Assembly (NCBI GenBank): GCA_963801605.1
Contig: CAWDFP010000006.1
Coordinates: 1,184,001 to 1,248,000 of the forward strand
Source: an uncultured candidate division Zixibacteria bacterium
GTDB taxonomy: Bacteria; Zixibacteria; MSB-5A5; UBA10806
Direction of reading: 5' to 3'
DNA length: 64,000 bases
The position numbers and the translations under genes were made by a program. Each line of letters starts with the position of its first letter. The stretch's first letter is position 1. Under the pieces are notes generated by a model. That model was not told where the DNA came from and did not search any database. It saw only the letters and a list, made by a program, of their open reading frames with translations. Below, one piece after another: positions 20,447 through 29,191 of this stretch.

Positions 20447-21727
20447 ATGGAATACAAAGTAGTCGTACCGCCCCTGGGTGAATCAGTGGTCGAAGGGACC
20501 ATTGTCAAGTGGCTGAAAAATGAGGGAGATAAGGTCAAGGTTGATGAGCCATTGGTTGAAATCATGACCGATAAAATTAATGTCGAATTACCGTCACAGT
20601 ATAATGGGATAATGAAAAAGCATCTTATCTCACCCGATACCACTGTTGAAATCGGAACTGAAATCGCGATTATGGAGATCGAGGGTCAGGGAGCAGAGAC
20701 CAAAGCTTTCCAGGTCAAGCCCGATAGCGTCGAACACATTCCCGTCGAGCAAACCGCCAGCGCACCTCCGGAGGAGTTTGTCGGCACCGCAGCTCACCAC
20801 GAGCGAATGGGAATTCATGCCGATAAAGAGGCAATCGAATCCGGCATTAAAGCGGTGAAAACATCTCCTGTGGTCCGTCAACTGGCTCGCGAGCATTTTA
20901 TCGATTTGCGCCTGGTGCGGGGAACGGGAACAGGCAACCGCGTGAGCAAAGAAGACGTCTTAAAATATATACAGGGCCGTCACGATGTTGATAAGAAAAT
21001 TCCCGATTTCGCCTGGCCCAGCGGAGAGCCTGAGGAGATTATTCCGATTTCGGGAGTGCGCAAGGTTATTGCCGAACATATATCGAAATCTGCCTTTAGT
21101 ATTCCGCATGTCACCACCTTTGATGAGTGTGATATGTCTAAATTAGTCGACTGGCGGAAAAAATATGTCGATAAATTCCAGCAGGTCCATGGTGTTCGAA
21201 TCACCTATATGCCCTTCTTCGTAAAAGCTATTATTTATGCCGCCAGGGAATTCCCCTGGGTAAATGCTACTTTCGAAGATGATAAGATTCATATCAAACA
21301 ATATTTTAATATCGGGATGGCGGTGGCTCGTCAGAATTCGCTCATTGTTCCGGTGGTAAAACACTGTGAACAGAAATCGATCATCCAGATTGCCAAAGAG
21401 ATGCGTGATCTGGGAGATAAGGCCAATACCGATAAGTTATCTCTTGACGAGATTAGCGGCGGGACTTTTACTATCACCAACGCCGGCCTGTTCGGGGCGA
21501 CAGGCTCCACGCCTATAATCGTTCAACCGCAGGTTGCGATTTTGGGCGTACACATGATAAAAGAGCGACCGGTGGTAGTCGATGGTCAAATCGTTATTCG
21601 TCCGATACTGAATTTCGGACTTTCATTCGATCACCGTATCGTCGATGGCGCTTATGCGGTGCAATTTTTGCGGAAAATGATCACATTCTTGGAGGATCCA
21701 GATAGCTGGCTTATCGAGGTAAAATAA
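20447..21727 (+). CDS. Dihydrolipoamide acyltransferase E2 (single lipoyl domain)
   Basis: Lipoyl MTDKINVE, binding domain SPVVRQLA..GTG, catalytic DHRIVDG. Confidence 0.95.
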   Translation: MEYKVVVPPLGESVVEGTIVKWLKNEGDKVKVDEPLVEIMTDKINVELPSQYNGIMKKHLISPDTTVEIGTEIAIMEIEGQGAETKAFQVKPDSVEHIPVEQTASAPPEEFVGTAAHHERMGIHADKEAIESGIKAVKTSPVVRQLAREHFIDLRLVRGTGTGNRVSKEDVLKYIQGRHDVDKKIPDFAWPSGEPEEIIPISGVRKVIAEHISKSAFSIPHVTTFDECDMSKLVDWRKKYVDKFQQVHGVRITYMPFFVKAIIYAAREFPWVNATFEDDKIHIKQYFNIGMAVARQNSLIVPVVKHCEQKSIIQIAKEMRDLGDKANTDKLSLDEISGGTFTITNAGLFGATGSTPIIVQPQVAILGVHMIKERPVVVDGQIVIRPILNFGLSFDHRIVDGAYAVQFLRKMITFLEDPDSWLIEVK

Positions 21728-23133
21728 ATGGCAGATAAATTCAAGTTGGTTGTTATCGGGGCGGGACCGGGTGGATATGTGGCGGCTATCAGGGCCGCTC
21801 AACTTGGGTATTAAAACCGCTATAATTGAAAAAGAATATATTGGCGGGGTGTGCCTGAACTGGGGATGTATCCCATCGAAGGCGCTTCTCTATTTGGCCG
21901 AGCTCAAGCATTTGGTTGAGCAGTCGGAGCGAATTGGTTTAAAGGCTGAGAATGTCGGAATCGATATTGAAAAGCTCAAGAAACACAAAGAAGACACCGT
22001 CAAACGTCTCACCAGCGGTGTAAAAATCCTGCTCGATAAAGCGGGCGTTAAGATTTACAACGGCCAGGCTGCTTTTATATCGGATAAACAGATTGAGGTT
22101 ACCGGCAACGGGGGAGAAAAGACTCTTATCGATGCTGACAACTTCATCATTGCGACTGGATCTTCAACAGCCGATTTGCCCTTCTTGCGTATCGATGGAA
22201 AAAATGTCATCGGCGCCAGAGAAGCGATTGAATTGCCTCGCATACCTGAGCAAATGGGTATCATTGGCGCCGGTCCTATCGGCCTTGAAATGGCTACCGT
22301 TTACAGCGCTTTAGGTTCGAAAATCACAGTAATCGAGTTGTTAGGCGCGGTGTTGCCGACGCTTGATCAAGATATTTCAGCGGCTTCAGAGCGAGCATTG
22401 AGAAAACAGGGCATGGAGATTTATACCTCATCGCAGGTTAAGTCGGCCGAGCAAAAGGATGGAAAAATCATTTTAGAGGTCAAGACTCCTGATGGAGATA
22501 AATCCTTTTCCTTCGATATGGTTTTATTGGCCGTCGGTATGAAACCAAACTCCGCGTAATCTCAATCTCGAAAAAGCTGGGGTTAAAACCGATAATAAGG
22601 GTTTTATTGTAGTCGATAAGAAGATGCGAACCAGTATACCGAATATCTTCGCCATTGGTGATGTCGCCGGCGGCCTGCTGTTGGCTCATAAAGCCTCACA
22701 TGAGGGTATCGTAGCTGCCGAGGTTGTTGCGGGAGGCTTCGCCGAGGCCGATTGGAAGGGTGTTCCTTACGCTGTCTTTACTGAGCCGGAAATCGGGGGT
22801 ATCGGTCTGACGCAGCAGGAAGCGGTTGCGGCCGGCAAAAAGATAAAAATCGGGAAATTCCCCTATCGAGCAATCGGACGTGGTATCGCTACGTTAGCTA
22901 CCGACGGCTTTGCCAAGGTTATCTCAGATGAGGAAACCGATGAGATTCTAGGGATTCATGTCTTCGGGCCGCATTCTGGAGATATAGTTTTTGCCGGCAC
23001 CGCCTTGTTGGAATTTGATGGCACTTCAGAGGACCTGGGGCATTTGATGGCTATTCACCCTACTCTATCCGAGGCCTTGATGGAGGCCGGTTTGAACGTT
23101 CACAAGAGGGCAATTCATATCGTCAATATGTGA
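21728..23133 (+). CDS. lpdA: Dihydrolipoyl dehydrogenase E3 with two frameshifts (about 21806 and 22555)
   Basis: MADKFKLVVIGAGPGGYVAAIRAAQLG, GGVCLNWGCIPSK, GAGPIGLE, AIGD, HPTLSE spread over three frames. Confidence 0.92.
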
Positions 23134-23188
23134 AATAGGGGAACAGGATTTGCCAGGCGGACATTGGATATTTCCAGCGGATTATGAA

Positions 23189-23215
23189 ACCGGGATTATC
23201 ATTGATAGTCCCGGT
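23189..23215 (+). terminator. Hairpin after lpdA (probable terminator)
   Basis: ACCGGGATTATC-ATT-GATAGTCCCGGT; weak U-tract. Confidence 0.5.
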
Positions 23216-23313
23216 AATTATTTGGGATAAATTGAAAATAAAATATCCTTTTCCAAATTGCGCTGTTTACCCTTATGATAAAAAGGTAGAATCTGGAAAG
23301 ATGAGGAGTATTT

Positions 23314-24024
23314 ATGCCCGATATTGAGAATGAAGCTCTGCATATCGAAAAGCATTTCGGGGCCAGTGAAACGGTGCGCGATATTGTTATTGGGATGTCT
23401 GATGGCCTGACAGTGCCGTTTGCTCTGGCTGCCGGTTTATCGGGCGCGGTAGCGTCTACAGGAATTGTGGTTACGGCCGGATTAGCCGAGATTGCAGCAG
23501 GTTCGATTGCCATGGGGTTGGGTGGTTTTCTGGCTGCCCGAGTCGATATCGAGCACTTCGCCGCTGAACGGCGAAGAGAATACGACGAAATTGAAAAATT
23601 GCCCGATGTCGAAACAAAAGAGGTAGCCGATATCTTCCGCGGTTACGGAATGCAGGAAAGCGAGATAGAGCCGGTTGTTAAGGCTATTAAGTCCGATCCC
23701 GCCAAATGGGTTGATTTCATGATGCGGTTTGAACTTGGCCTGGAAGAGCCAAATGCTACTCGCGCCAAATTCAGCGCTCTTACAATTGCCTTATCATACA
23801 TAGTTGGAGGTCTCGTTCCTCTTGCCTCATATATATTTATAGGGAATATTAAGACAGCGCTTTATGTTTCAATAGTAATAACGTTAGCCGCCCTTTTCAT
23901 TTTTGGCTATGTCAAAGGACATTTTACGGGGCTCAGCCCCTGGCGCTCGGCATTTCAGACCATAGTTGTAGGTGGATTGGCTGCCACAGCGGCATTTATT
24001 ATTGCCAGGCTAATCAGCGATTAG
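23314..24024 (+). CDS. VIT1/CCC1 family iron/manganese transporter
   Basis: RDIVIGMSDGLTVPFAL, AGSIAMGLGG, Glu-rich loop, FMMRFELG. Confidence 0.93.
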   Translation: MPDIENEALHIEKHFGASETVRDIVIGMSDGLTVPFALAAGLSGAVASTGIVVTAGLAEIAAGSIAMGLGGFLAARVDIEHFAAERRREYDEIEKLPDVETKEVADIFRGYGMQESEIEPVVKAIKSDPAKWVDFMMRFELGLEEPNATRAKFSALTIALSYIVGGLVPLASYIFIGNIKTALYVSIVITLAALFIFGYVKGHFTGLSPWRSAFQTIVVGGLAATAAFIIARLISD

Positions 24025-24095
24025 TCTCGGCTCGAGCGATTCCGGTCTCGAATATTGATCTTCCTAAACGGCACGGTAAAATAAATAAAAATTGC

Positions 24096-24124
24096 TTGCC
24101 AGATGCTTCGTGTGGTGTTATTTT
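24096..24124 (+). promoter_or_regulatory. Sigma70-type promoter
   Basis: TTGCCA-17 nt-TATTTT with TGn extension. Confidence 0.45.
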
Positions 24125-24177
24125 AAGTCTGAGTTATTTTCTTCGTTATTTTGGCTCTTTAGGAAAACTTAAGTCTG

Positions 24178-24663
24178 ATGGAAAAATCATTCGTTGGCGA
24201 TCCTGTCCAATGGCCCGGATTGGTATATTCGCCCTTAAATAGCGCCGGACTTCTTTTTGCTTTGGGAGCAATTGCCGGGTCAGCCGGTTTGTTATTCGAG
24301 GAGTTTCAAGACGATTGTCAGACTGCGATATGCAGGCGCAAGACAGCAACCGGCTGGGAACGGCTCAAGGTCGCATTTGCCGTTAAAAGCTCATCTTACT
24401 ATGATTCATCCGATGATATTGATCTTTTAATATGCTGGGTAGATGATGCTCCCGATACAATCCGTATACCGCGGCTGGCTCTATCGCAATCGGCGTTAGT
24501 GACGCAAAATCGTGCTGAGCAGCCGGCAAAGGTCAAAGGGATCGAATCTATTCTGCCAGATGGAGCTGCGGAGGATCTAATGGAACGCGGCCGCAGCCAT
24601 GAATCGTATGAGGAGACTGTCAAGTTACTTGATGAGCAGATAAAAAAGCTGCAAAACAATTAA
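24178..24663 (+). CDS. Hypothetical protein resembling a degenerate PD-(D/E)XK nuclease-like domain
   Basis: GDPVQWPGLVYSPLN..GLLFALG...W.R....F...S...DLLICW pattern; own promoter. Confidence 0.6.
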   Translation: MEKSFVGDPVQWPGLVYSPLNSAGLLFALGAIAGSAGLLFEEFQDDCQTAICRRKTATGWERLKVAFAVKSSSYYDSSDDIDLLICWVDDAPDTIRIPRLALSQSALVTQNRAEQPAKVKGIESILPDGAAEDLMERGRSHESYEETVKLLDEQIKKLQNN

Positions 24664-24670
24664 TAATCGC

Positions 24671-24699
24671 TTGCAAAGGCAGGTTCGATCGGCCATAAT
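24671..24699 (+). promoter_or_regulatory. Sigma70-type promoter of cohesin/dockerin gene
   Basis: TTGCAA-17 nt-CATAAT. Confidence 0.5.
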
Positions 24700-24835
24700 A
24701 ATATTACTTTTGGAGCTTCACCAAAGGTACTTGGTTGGGAATTAATTTAGCCGACAAATCCATGTAAGTTGGCTAAAACCGCAAAATTGGGATATGAAAA
24801 TAAAATCCATAAAATTTAAAGAACGGAGATCCATC

Positions 24836-27026
24836 ATGTTGAGGAGAGAAGCATTCCGGGCAATATTGGTGATATTGGGCTTGGTCTGTTTTATTGGACT
24901 CCCATCCTTGTCTTTAGCGCAGGATCCGGGCATTCAGGATTCTATGATTATCGGTAAGCTGGATAGAACGCCAATTCTGGCGGGTCTGAACATGCAGATC
25001 CTCGTGCCGGTTTATTTGCGAACCGATGATTCGATTACATTCCTGCACATTCCGGTGGCTACCGATGATGATTTTATCGCGACTCGCGATGGCGGAATTC
25101 TATATCCGCCTCTTTCGCTGTGGGACGATAAATCATTTCTGGCCCCCGATCCTAATAGTCCCAGGGTAGGCTCTACGAATCAAAGCATTCTTGGATTTGC
25201 CTATCTCCAGGATCCCCGAGATCCCCAGAATTTTCTCTATACCAATAATCAGTGGGTACATATCGCCGATTTTCGGATGACGACCACCAACAATATCGCG
25301 GTTTTGGGTGATACCACCCAGTTTGTCATGGGCCGCAATCCCGCCAATGATACTTTGGTAATGGGTCTTCAGGATGGTGTCACTGAGGTTCATCCTGCCG
25401 TGATCTGGGGCAAAATTTATTTCCCGCCGAACACTCCGCCCGCATTTACCGGTCCGGTTGCAGGTACTTATCCGGTTAATGAGCAGTTTGGAGCGACTTT
25501 CGTTGTTACTGCCGTTGACCCCGACACCGATAGCATGGTCTTAACAGTTGATTTCGGTCCGACCGACTACACTTTCCAGCAATTGCAGAATGTCCCCGGA
25601 ACAATTTCGTATTTATTTAGCTGGGTGCCCGCCCCCGGAAGCGCCGGGACATATCCTCTTACATTTATTGTCAACGATGGCAACGGCGGTGTAATACCGC
25701 TGCAACTCACTCTCGAAGTAACGCCTGCCGGGCTTACCATCGGCAGTATGAACGCCATGCCGGGAGGCACTGTATCTATTCCGGTCGTGCTTGATAATCA
25801 GGGCAGTTCATCGGCAGTTGGGGCGTTCGAGGTGATGGTTAGCTGGAATCCCGAAGCTTTATCGCTTAATGGTGTGACACGCGCCGGACGAACAGGTAGT
25901 TTCGAATATTTCCATATAAACAGGGACGAGGGCGGACCTGGAACCGTAAAAATTGTGGGGGTTGCCGATCTCAGAAATGGCATAGTTTCGCCTCCCATGC
26001 AACCTGGCATTGGCCCGATCTTTATGCTCGATATGTCAGTTGCTCCGGATGAAAACCTGATTGGAGTTGATCTTCCGATTCCATTCTTAAATCTCGATCC
26101 CACCGATAATACCGTTTCTGATTCAACGGGTTACCTTCTCATTCGTCCCAACCTTACCAATGGATTACTCACTATTATCGGTCCGGAAGAGGTTTTATTG
26201 GGCGATATTAACCTCAACGGTTTGCCCTGCGAGGGCGGAGATATAGTTCTCTTTGTCAATCACCTGACCAATCGCATAGCGTTCCCCTTCAATGCCGTTC
26301 AGCGGGCAGCCTCCGACGTTAACGCCGATGGTCTTCCGGAAACGGTGGCCGATCTGATTTACACAATTAATATATTCAATGGCAATATCCAGCAGCCAAA
26401 GCTTGAAATAAACCCAGGCCTGCTCAATCTTAAAATGCTTAGCCAAAACGGCTCCACACAGTTTATTGCCCAATCACAGAGCGCGATCGGCGCTGTCTTG
26501 TTCAATCTTGCTCACGAACCCGGCGCGACGCTCACGCCTGTATCGAACGGCGCCTTCACGCTGGCATTCAATGATGACGGCAAAGTCCTCACTGTGCTTG
26601 CCTACCTGCCCAATTTGACCGAAGGCGGAGCTCCAACAGGCGAATGTGGACTTTTCACCGTAAACGGCAATTTCACCGAGGCCAATGTCACCGAGCTTTC
26701 AGCATCGAACGCTTATGGTTATTTGATGGAAGCGGGAGTTGTGCCTACAACCTACCAGCTTTCGCAGAACTATCCCAATCCGTTCAATGCCACCACAAAG
26801 ATCGAATTTGCGATGCCTGAGGCCGGCCATGTACGCCTCGATATTTACAGCGTCAGCGGCCAAAAGGTTTGCACTCTTATCGATGAAAACCGCAACGCGG
26901 GTTTCTACGGTGTGGTTTGGGATGGTACCGATAACGCCAATAATATTGTATCATCCGGTACCTATTTCTATCGGTCTGGCAACCGGAAGCGATGTTCGCG
27001 CCATGAAGATGACATTACTCAAGTAG
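24836..27026 (+). CDS. Secreted modular protein: cohesin-like, Ig/cadherin-like, cohesin, dockerin, FlgD-Ig/T9SS-like C-terminal domain (frameshift about 26973)
   Basis: SD GGAG, signal peptide SLSLA|QD; NTPP..AVDPD..VNDG; PGGTVSIPVVLDN; GDINLNG...SDVNADG..TVADLIY; QNYPNPFN...GTYFYR continuing as LATGSDVRAMKMTLLK in the next frame. Confidence 0.8.
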
Positions 27027-27048
27027 TAGATTTCGCGATCCAAAATAT

Positions 27049-27082
27049 AAGCCGGGGTTCAATCTCGAATCCCGGTTTTTTT
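27049..27082 (+). terminator. Intrinsic terminator
   Basis: AAGCCGGGGTTC/GAATCCCGGTTT stem running into T7. Confidence 0.8.
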
Positions 27083-27101
27083 ATTTGGGCATTTTAATAA
27101 T

Positions 27102-27136
27102 CAAGAGGCCGGAAAGGGGGATGCTCCGGCCTCTTG
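27102..27136 (-). terminator. Hairpin downstream of DinB-family gene
   Basis: Perfect 12-bp inverted repeat CAAGAGGCCGGA/TCCGGCCTCTTG. Confidence 0.65.
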
Positions 27137-27147
27137 CATAAGGGGGG

Positions 27148-27696
27148 TTACGCTTGGGAGAATACAGATCGAATACTATCTAAAACAATTTTAGTGGTTG
27201 AGCTCTTTTTCGGCGCCTCGTACCCTACTCGCCGTACCTTGAACGCCGGAAGATTGACCACATAGGTCACCTGCCCGATATGATGAGTCTCGTGCATATA
27301 GCTGTAAGCCAGATGCTGCCCAACACTATCAAATTGCCCTCTGCTGGGGCGCGAAAGAAGCGAGGGGTCGCACTGCTTCAAAAGCTGATCGGTTAATAGT
27401 TCGAGTTTCATAAAACGCGTCATAAGCTGTTTGGGTTGAGGATAAATCGATTGGTCGCTTGAGGGCTTGGTGCCGCGGGCAAAGAGATCGCCTAAATCGC
27501 GGGTGGACGGGTCACCTCCGAGAAGTTCGATAATCTCACCACGATTGAGTACAATATGGCCCACTAACCAGATCAAGGGATTGCCGCGCCCTTCCGGTCT
27601 GATGAAAAACTTATCCGACGAAACACCGTCCAATGTTCGTGCCAGATAGGCAAGATTAAATTTTAGCAACTCGGCAAAAAGACCCGTTGTGAACAT
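27148..27696 (-). CDS. DinB/YfiT-like metal-binding protein
   Basis: NPLIWLVGHI and HETHHIGQ His pattern; SD GGAG before ATG 27696. Confidence 0.85.
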   Translation of the reverse strand: MFTTGLFAELLKFNLAYLARTLDGVSSDKFFIRPEGRGNPLIWLVGHIVLNRGEIIELLGGDPSTRDLGDLFARGTKPSSDQSIYPQPKQLMTRFMKLELLTDQLLKQCDPSLLSRPSRGQFDSVGQHLAYSYMHETHHIGQVTYVVNLPAFKVRRVGYEAPKKSSTTKIVLDSIRSVFSQA

Positions 27697-27925
27697 AATG
27701 ACTCCCCTCATTTTCATCTAATGAGCTAATATGATTCGCTGGATATACATATAAAATCCGTGCCAAACCGTTTCAAAATGCATTGCCTGCAATCTGCCGT
27801 TATCCTGCAACGGGTTACAATTGCCGATAAAAAAGAGGGAAAGGCTTTAGCAGTTCAAGTATGGAACAGGAAGCTTAAAAAATCAACAATTGAGAATTGG
27901 CACATTTTTGCGGTCATTGTAGATA

Positions 27926-27943
27926 TTGTGATATTTTTCACCA
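27926..27943 (+). promoter_or_regulatory. Rex-like (or CRP/FNR-family) operator upstream of ald
   Basis: TTGTGATATTTTTCACCA versus Rex TTGTGAA-W4-TTCACAA, 2 mismatches. Confidence 0.5.
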
Positions 27944-27950
27944 AAAAACC

Positions 27951-27979
27951 TTGCGGCGATACTTACATTTGTATAAACT
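27951..27979 (+). promoter_or_regulatory. Sigma70-type promoter of ald operon
   Basis: TTGCGG-17 nt-TAAACT. Confidence 0.45.
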
Positions 27980-28060
27980 ATTGAGGTCAAATGTGACGGG
28001 CTGGGGTTTTGGGAAGATGATGATCTACAACGATTAATCCTGACTGCCCAAGGAGAAGCT

Positions 28061-29191
28061 ATGGATATCAGTATTGCTAAAGAAGTATCGTTAAACGAAA
28101 GCCGCGTGGCGCTGACTCCCGCTGCCGTCCGCACTTTGGTTCGGTTCGGTCATAACGTATATGTTGAAAGTTGTGCCGGATTGGCTGCCGGATTTACCGA
28201 TGAGATGTTTGCCAGCGTCGGCGCTAAAGTTGTTTTTTCCAAAGATGAGGCTTTCAAACGCTGCAAACTTCTTCTTAAGATATTTCCTCCCAGCTTAGAG
28301 GAATATCAGCTTCTCACTGAAGATCAAATTATCTTCTCGTTTTTGCACTTGGTGGCCGCGCATGAGGAGGGTGTTAAAATCCTTCGCGAACGCCATATCA
28401 CTGCGATCGGCATGGAGACAATCGAGGACATGCACGGCAATCTGCCCGTTCTGACTCCTATGTCGGAATTAGCCGGCCAGATGGCATTGCCGTTAGCGAG
28501 CCTGTATCTTTCAAATATCGGCGGCGGGCGCGGTATTCTACTGGGTGGCGCCGCTGGAGTACCCCCGGCTACGGTCACAATTCTAGGAGCAGGCATTGTT
28601 GGCCTCAATGCCGCCCGTACCGCTCGTGGAATGGGCTGTAACGTCATCCTCATCGATTCCAGCCTCGAACGACTGCGTTATGCCAATGATCTTTTCTGCA
28701 AGCAGATTGTAACCTATATGCCCAACCGCTTTAATCTCGAAAAAATTCTGCCATTTTCCGATGTTGTTATCGGGGCAGTGCTTATTCACGGCGAGATAAC
28801 TCCGAAACTGGTACCAGATGAGATTGTCAGTACTATGAAGCCGGGAACGGTTATAATGGATGTGTCGATTGATCAGGGTGGATGTTTCGAAACGTCGCAT
28901 CCCACCAACTGGGCATCGCCCACATATAAAGTGCATGGGGTAACTCATTTCTGTGTTCCCAATATGCCCTCAAATGTTGGCCGTACAGCCACCTATGCTC
29001 TGGTAAACGCCTCCCTTCCTTACATTGCCGCTATCGCCAATAATGGGTTGGTGAAGGCATTCAATGATGATTCCGGATTGGCGAGAGGCGTCTATACTTA
29101 TCGGGGCAAGGTAACCAATCTTTCGCTCGCCAAACGTTTTAACTTGAGCCAAACTCCTCTCTATGAATTGTTTGCCGGAGGAACAGAGTGA
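28061..29191 (+). CDS. ald: Alanine dehydrogenase family protein (divergent active site)
   Basis: ESRVALTP, FLHL, PMSELAG, GGRGILLGG, GAGIVG, DVSIDQGG, CVPNMP. Confidence 0.88.
   Translation: MDISIAKEVSLNESRVALTPAAVRTLVRFGHNVYVESCAGLAAGFTDEMFASVGAKVVFSKDEAFKRCKLLLKIFPPSLEEYQLLTEDQIIFSFLHLVAAHEEGVKILRERHITAIGMETIEDMHGNLPVLTPMSELAGQMALPLASLYLSNIGGGRGILLGGAAGVPPATVTILGAGIVGLNAARTARGMGCNVILIDSSLERLRYANDLFCKQIVTYMPNRFNLEKILPFSDVVIGAVLIHGEITPKLVPDEIVSTMKPGTVIMDVSIDQGGCFETSHPTNWASPTYKVHGVTHFCVPNMPSNVGRTATYALVNASLPYIAAIANNGLVKAFNDDSGLARGVYTYRGKVTNLSLAKRFNLSQTPLYELFAGGTE

Noticed and set aside
23189..23260. Fur-like half-sites upstream of the VIT1 gene
   Set aside because: No proper 7-1-7 box; the palindrome is better explained as the lpdA terminator
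27751..27766. Sigma54-like TTGGCACGGATTTTAT upstream of the DinB gene (minus strand)
   Set aside because: The -24 element is good but the -12 GC is replaced by AT
27897..27911. Sigma54-like TTGGCACATTTTTGC upstream of ald
   Set aside because: Spacing is GG-N9-GC, not N10; it would need a homopolymer error, and a plausible sigma70 promoter lies downstream
27990..28060. Possible structured leader or riboswitch before ald
   Set aside because: Only a weak GGGC/GCCC-closed stem; no known aptamer consensus recognised
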